Virus record (IMG/VR): IMGVR_UViG_3300011116_000306
Span: 1 to 33,909 of that record
Direction: 5' to 3' (one strand)
DNA length: 33,909 nt
From: a virus
In this document: piece by piece, positions 30,284 through 33,909 of the stretch
Position numbering within the stretch: position 1 is the stretch's first letter
Layout of the letters: each line of letters opens with the position of its first letter
The notes under the pieces: generated by a model
What the model saw: only the letters and a program-made list of their open reading frames with translations
The model's database searches: none
What the model was told of the DNA's origin: nothing
Made by a program: the position numbers and the translations under genes

Positions 30284-30380
30284 GATAAAAACGGCTGGAT
30301 GATAGAGCGGCCCAGGCGTGAAAACTGATGTGCGCGTTTTTGTGCTTGCGTAAGAATTCGAGGGGTGCAAAAGATTGAGA

Positions 30381-30833
30381 ATGCAAATGAGTAAAGAAAT
30401 CAAAAAAGACGGAGAGAAAATAGACCGGAGGAGGCTCAATCTTCCGCCTACAGGATCAAAGGGCAGACCCAAGGGAGCGCCTAACAAAGTCACGGCAAGT
30501 ATTAGAGCCGCCGTTGAAAGAGCCGCCAGGGAAGTCACTACGCGAGACGGGAAACGTGGCCTAACTGAATGGATGCTCGAAAGAGCGCGTGGCGGAATAC
30601 AAGACCGCGCCCTGTTTGTTGGCCTAGTCAAAGCCGCCCTACCGCTCAAGGTGGACGCCACCGTCCAAAGCATCCAGATTAATCTAGGCTGGCTGGCCGC
30701 TCGCCCGATCGATGCAGCAGCACCCGGCACGATGCCGGCCATCATGCCGCCCGTCATCGAGGCCCCCCCAAGCGCGGAAGGCCAGGACGTTTACACGGGG
30801 CAGGCGGAAAACATAGACAAATCAACGGCTTAG
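30381..30833 (+). CDS. terS: Putative small terminase subunit (about 150 aa; start uncertain at 30381 or 30387)
   Basis: Lies immediately upstream of terL. The basic N-terminus with GRPKGAPNKVT is typical of terS-like DNA-binding proteins. The track start at 30375 is a TTG. Confidence 0.45.
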   Translation: MQMSKEIKKDGEKIDRRRLNLPPTGSKGRPKGAPNKVTASIRAAVERAAREVTTRDGKRGLTEWMLERARGGIQDRALFVGLVKAALPLKVDATVQSIQINLGWLAARPIDAAAPGTMPAIMPPVIEAPPSAEGQDVYTGQAENIDKSTA

Positions 30834-30950
30834 GGGCGGGCCGGGGGAAATTTGACCCCTACCCCCATGTCAGCCGGGGGGTGGGGGGTGGTCTATACTA
30901 GGTACCATACCCCCTCCGCTCTGGTACCCCCATAGGAGTGTTGCCGTTTT

Positions 30951-32285
30951 ATGGACATTAATGAATACGTCCCGCGAGACATATTTTTGCCGCTGCACCA
31001 GCGGGACAAACGTTGGGCAGTTGTTATAGCGCACCGCCGCGCTGGCAAGACTGTTGCGATGTGCGCGGATATATTGATTAGCGCATTGCAGTGTCGGCAT
31101 CCAAAGCCGCAGTTTGCGTATTTAGCGCCGTTTCGGGATCAGGCGAAGAAGGTGGCGTGGAGTTATATTAAGGATTTGAGCAAACCGTTATGGGCGGCGC
31201 AGCCTAATGAAACGGAATTGCATGTAAGTTTATTTAACGGAAACAATGGGGTTAGCCGGATTTATGTAGGTGGTGCGGATCATCCTGATGCTTGGCGCGG
31301 GATGTATTTTGACGGTGTTGTGTTGGATGAGGTTGGGCAGATTAGGCCGAGTGCGTGGTATTCGGTTTTGCGCCCGGCATTATCGGATCGGCGCGGGTGG
31401 GCGATATTTGCTGGCACCCCGGCTGGTAAGAACTTCTTTTGGCAGATGCGCGAGGAAGCTCGGTTGAATCCTGGGACGCACATGCTTTTGGAATTACCGG
31501 CGTCCAAGACGAATATTTTGCATCCTGATGAGTTGCGGGATGCGCGGGCGCAGATGACTGAAGAAACGTATGCGACTGAATATGAAATTAGTTTTGATGC
31601 GGCTATGCCTGGGGCGTATTACTCCAAATTGATTGGGGAGGCGTATGACGAGGGGCGGGTTGGTGTATTTCCGGCCAGTTCTGAATTTCCGGTCGATCTT
31701 GTGGCTGACCTTGGGTACACGGACAGTTGCAGTTGGTGGGGTTGGCAGACGCAGCCTGATGGCTACAAGATTGTAGATTTTTACGAAGCCGATAATCAGC
31801 CGATTGCTCATTATATTGAATGGGTTAAAACCAGACCGTATAAGGTTAGGGATATATATTTGCCGCATGATGCGAAGGCCAAGAGCCTTCAGACCGGCAA
31901 GAGCATTATTGAGCAGTTTTTAGCAAACGGCATACACCCGAAGCTGGTTCCTGAACTGTCTTTGCAGGATGGGATTGAGGCGGCCAGGCTTACTTTGCCG
32001 AAGTGTTGGTTTGACGAAAAAACGGTTTATGATGGGCTGGAACACTTAAGGGCGTATAAGCGGGAGTGGGACGAGCGCACCCAGACGTATCGCAACAGGC
32101 CACGGCATGACCAGCATAGCCATGCGTCTGATGCGTTTAGGTATTTTGCGCTGAGTTGCAAGCCGGTATCGAGCGCAAAACGGAGCAGCACTGCAAGCAG
32201 CGTTTACACGGCCAGAAGTATGTATGAATTTAATTTAGAAGATATTTGGGAATGTCAGCCTAAAACAAGCGGAAGGTTGGGCTAA
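30951..32285 (+). CDS. terL: Terminase large subunit (444 aa)
   Basis: Walker A-like AHRRAGKT, Walker B in GVVLDEVGQ, and a C-terminal RNaseH-like nuclease region ending HDQHSHASDAFRYF. Confidence 0.9.
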   Translation: MDINEYVPRDIFLPLHQRDKRWAVVIAHRRAGKTVAMCADILISALQCRHPKPQFAYLAPFRDQAKKVAWSYIKDLSKPLWAAQPNETELHVSLFNGNNGVSRIYVGGADHPDAWRGMYFDGVVLDEVGQIRPSAWYSVLRPALSDRRGWAIFAGTPAGKNFFWQMREEARLNPGTHMLLELPASKTNILHPDELRDARAQMTEETYATEYEISFDAAMPGAYYSKLIGEAYDEGRVGVFPASSEFPVDLVADLGYTDSCSWWGWQTQPDGYKIVDFYEADNQPIAHYIEWVKTRPYKVRDIYLPHDAKAKSLQTGKSIIEQFLANGIHPKLVPELSLQDGIEAARLTLPKCWFDEKTVYDGLEHLRAYKREWDERTQTYRNRPRHDQHSHASDAFRYFALSCKPVSSAKRSSTASSVYTARSMYEFNLEDIWECQPKTSGRLG

Positions 32286-33909
32286 TGGAAGTTCAGAACA
32301 AGATTGAGTCCAATACGGACTTTGCTGACACTCCTGCTGGACAAGCGCAGCGGTGGGGCGCTGAAATTGAAGCTTCAAAGAAAGAGATGATGAAGTTTCA
32401 GGAAGATGCCGACCGCATTACGCGCCGGTATCTGGATCGCCGTGATGAATGGCATAAGGAAGAAAGCCGCGTAAATCTGTTTTGGTCGTCTACGAAAGTA
32501 TTGTTGAGTTTGCTTTATGCGCGTCCTCCGAAGGCTTCGGTGGCGCGTTCTTTTTTGGATGCTGACGATGATGTGGCGCGTGTTGCCGGTCAGATTGTGC
32601 AGCGTCTTTTGAATCGTTCGTTTGATGACAATGTATCCGCCTGGGATGCGTCTATCAGGCAAGGCATTGAGGATTGGCTCATTGTTGGCATGGGTCAGTC
32701 TTGGATGCGTTATGAAGTAGAGACACAGATTGAAGAAATACCGGCGCAAATCGACCCGATTACGGGAGTAGAGCTTGTGCCGTCTAGTACATATGAGCGC
32801 ATTGTTAAGGAAGATGCGCCGATTGATTATATTTACTGGAAGGACTTTTTCTATTCGCCAGCCCGCGTTTGGGGTGAGGTGCGGTGGGTAGCGCGGCGCG
32901 TTTACATGACGCGGGATCAGTTGATCCAGCGGTTTGGCGAACAGATTGGCAAGATGGTTCCGTTGTTTTCAAGGGAGACTACGGAAACAAACGCGCAGAC
33001 GCCTAAATATGATCCTTGGTCAAAGGCTCAAGTATTTGAGATTTGGTCTAAAGAGGATAAGAAGGTTTATTGGTACGCCAAGGGCTGCGACATTATTCTG
33101 GATATTAAAGATGATCCGTTGCAGCTTGATGGGTTTTTTCCGTGTCCCAAACCGCTTGTTGCCAATGTAACCAGCAGCAACTTTATTGGTCGCGCTGATT
33201 ATATTTTTGCACAAGATCAGTTCAATGAACTTGATGAGATAAACACGCGCATTACCTGGCTGACGCGGGCGGCTAAGGTTGTCGGCGTATATGACAAGAA
33301 CCATGACGGTATTCAGCGCATGTTTAATCAGGCGGCTGAAAACCAGCTTATTCCGGTTGATAACTGGGCAATGTTTGCCGAAGCGGGTGGTGTAAAAGGC
33401 AAGGTTGATTGGGTTCCGATTGACCAGGTTGTTAATGCCATTGACCATTTGCGCCAATATCGTCAGGACAAGACTGTTCAGATTTATGAAGTCTTGGGCA
33501 TTTCCGACATTATGCGCGGCACTACTCGCGCCACTGAGACTGCTACCGCGCAGCAGATTAAAGCGCAGTTTGGTTCCACGCGCATACAATTGAATCAGTT
33601 TTACATTGCGGAATGGATTACCAATCTGTTGCGTATTAAGGCTGAAATTATCAGCAAGCATTGGCAGCCTGAAACGATTGCCGAACGCTCCAACATTATG
33701 CGAACGCCAGACGCGCAATATGCCGGTCCTGCTATTCAGCTTATCAAGGACGAACGCCTAGCGGAGTACAGAATCAATGTCGAAGCTGATTCAATGGCTG
33801 CGCTTGATTGGGCAGCAGAGCGCGATAGTGCTGTACAGTTTATGCAGGGTCTTGGCGCGTTTATCAGCCAGGTTTCTCCAATGGCTCAAGCGGTTCCTGG
33901 GGCTGCTCC
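32285..33909 (+). CDS. Portal protein, N-terminal 541 codons (open at the window end; continues at 128-416 via the circular junction)
   Basis: ATG 32285 overlaps the terL stop (TAATG). There is no stop before the window end, which is why the ORF is absent from the track. Translation starts MEVQNKIESNTDFADTPAGQAQRWGAEIEASKKEMMKFQEDADRITRRYLDRRDEW... Confidence 0.85.
   Translation, partial: MEVQNKIESNTDFADTPAGQAQRWGAEIEASKKEMMKFQEDADRITRRYLDRRDEWHKEESRVNLFWSSTKVLLSLLYARPPKASVARSFLDADDDVARVAGQIVQRLLNRSFDDNVSAWDASIRQGIEDWLIVGMGQSWMRYEVETQIEEIPAQIDPITGVELVPSSTYERIVKEDAPIDYIYWKDFFYSPARVWGEVRWVARRVYMTRDQLIQRFGEQIGKMVPLFSRETTETNAQTPKYDPWSKAQVFEIWSKEDKKVYWYAKGCDIILDIKDDPLQLDGFFPCPKPLVANVTSSNFIGRADYIFAQDQFNELDEINTRITWLTRAAKVVGVYDKNHDGIQRMFNQAAENQLIPVDNWAMFAEAGGVKGKVDWVPIDQVVNAIDHLRQYRQDKTVQIYEVLGISDIMRGTTRATETATAQQIKAQFGSTRIQLNQFYIAEWITNLLRIKAEIISKHWQPETIAERSNIMRTPDAQYAGPAIQLIKDERLAEYRINVEADSMAALDWAAERDSAVQFMQGLGAFISQVSPMAQAVPGAA
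33783..33909. repeat. Second copy of the 127-bp terminal overlap
   Basis: Identical to 1-127. Confidence 0.95.

Noticed and set aside
30176-30757. 193-aa minus-strand ORF
   Set aside because: It is antisense to the terS-like gene and runs through the C10/G7 hairpin. It has no start signals.
33020-33718. 232-aa minus-strand ORF. The same applies to 9-473, 32375-32749 and 31494-31868.
   Set aside because: All are antisense to the portal or terminase genes, have a compositionally odd Arg/Asn/Leu-rich translation, and fit no operon logic.
1-33909. Lysogeny module (integrase, CI repressor, attP)
   Set aside because: I searched the translated ORFs for recombinase-type motifs and for long HTH repressors and found none. 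The only HTH protein is a 78-aa Cro-like one.

Overview
The window is a complete, circularly closed tailed-phage genome. Bases 1-127 are identical to 33783-33909, so the unique length is 33,782 bp and the portal gene is split across the window ends. No tape-measure, tube or sheath gene is present, which points to a podovirus-like virion. I found no DNA or RNA polymerase, integrase or CI-type repressor, and no tRNA or CRISPR array.

Gene layout:
- Plus-strand late operon, running from 30.4 kb through the junction to 17.7 kb: terS-like, terL, portal, small proteins, scaffold, major capsid, decoration-like protein, virion and internal proteins with an AT-rich GNAT-like insert, a repeat-containing tail fibre, and a lysis cassette with a YkuD/L,D-peptidase-fold enzyme.
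- Minus-strand recombination module (17.66-20.66 kb): Hjc-like resolvase, Cas4-like exonuclease, DUF669 SSB, Sak4/AAA_24 ATPase.
- Divergent control region near 20.7 kb, driving a Cro-like HTH gene and a primase/RecA-like ATPase gene on the plus strand.
- Minus-strand operon (22.9-29.9 kb): about 21 small, mostly unrecognisable genes, tightly translationally coupled and compositionally mosaic.

The most unusual content is in that last operon:
- A perfect 39-unit hexanucleotide array encoding an alternating (Gly-Tyr/Ser/Asp)n mini-protein.
- A protein with an Ala/Arg/Trp repeat domain built on GCC-periodic DNA that includes four perfect 12-bp tandem copies.
- A SprT-like metalloprotease, a strongly acidic protein, and several tiny membrane peptides.

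Other notable points:
- The Cas4-like exonuclease ends in an SSB-tail-like DDPIPF.
- TAACAAT boxes are spaced periodically in a 333-bp leader upstream of the capsid gene.
- A promoter, TGGAAAC boxes and a C10/G7 hairpin lie upstream of terS.

All family names come from my reading of the translated sequences. No database search was run.
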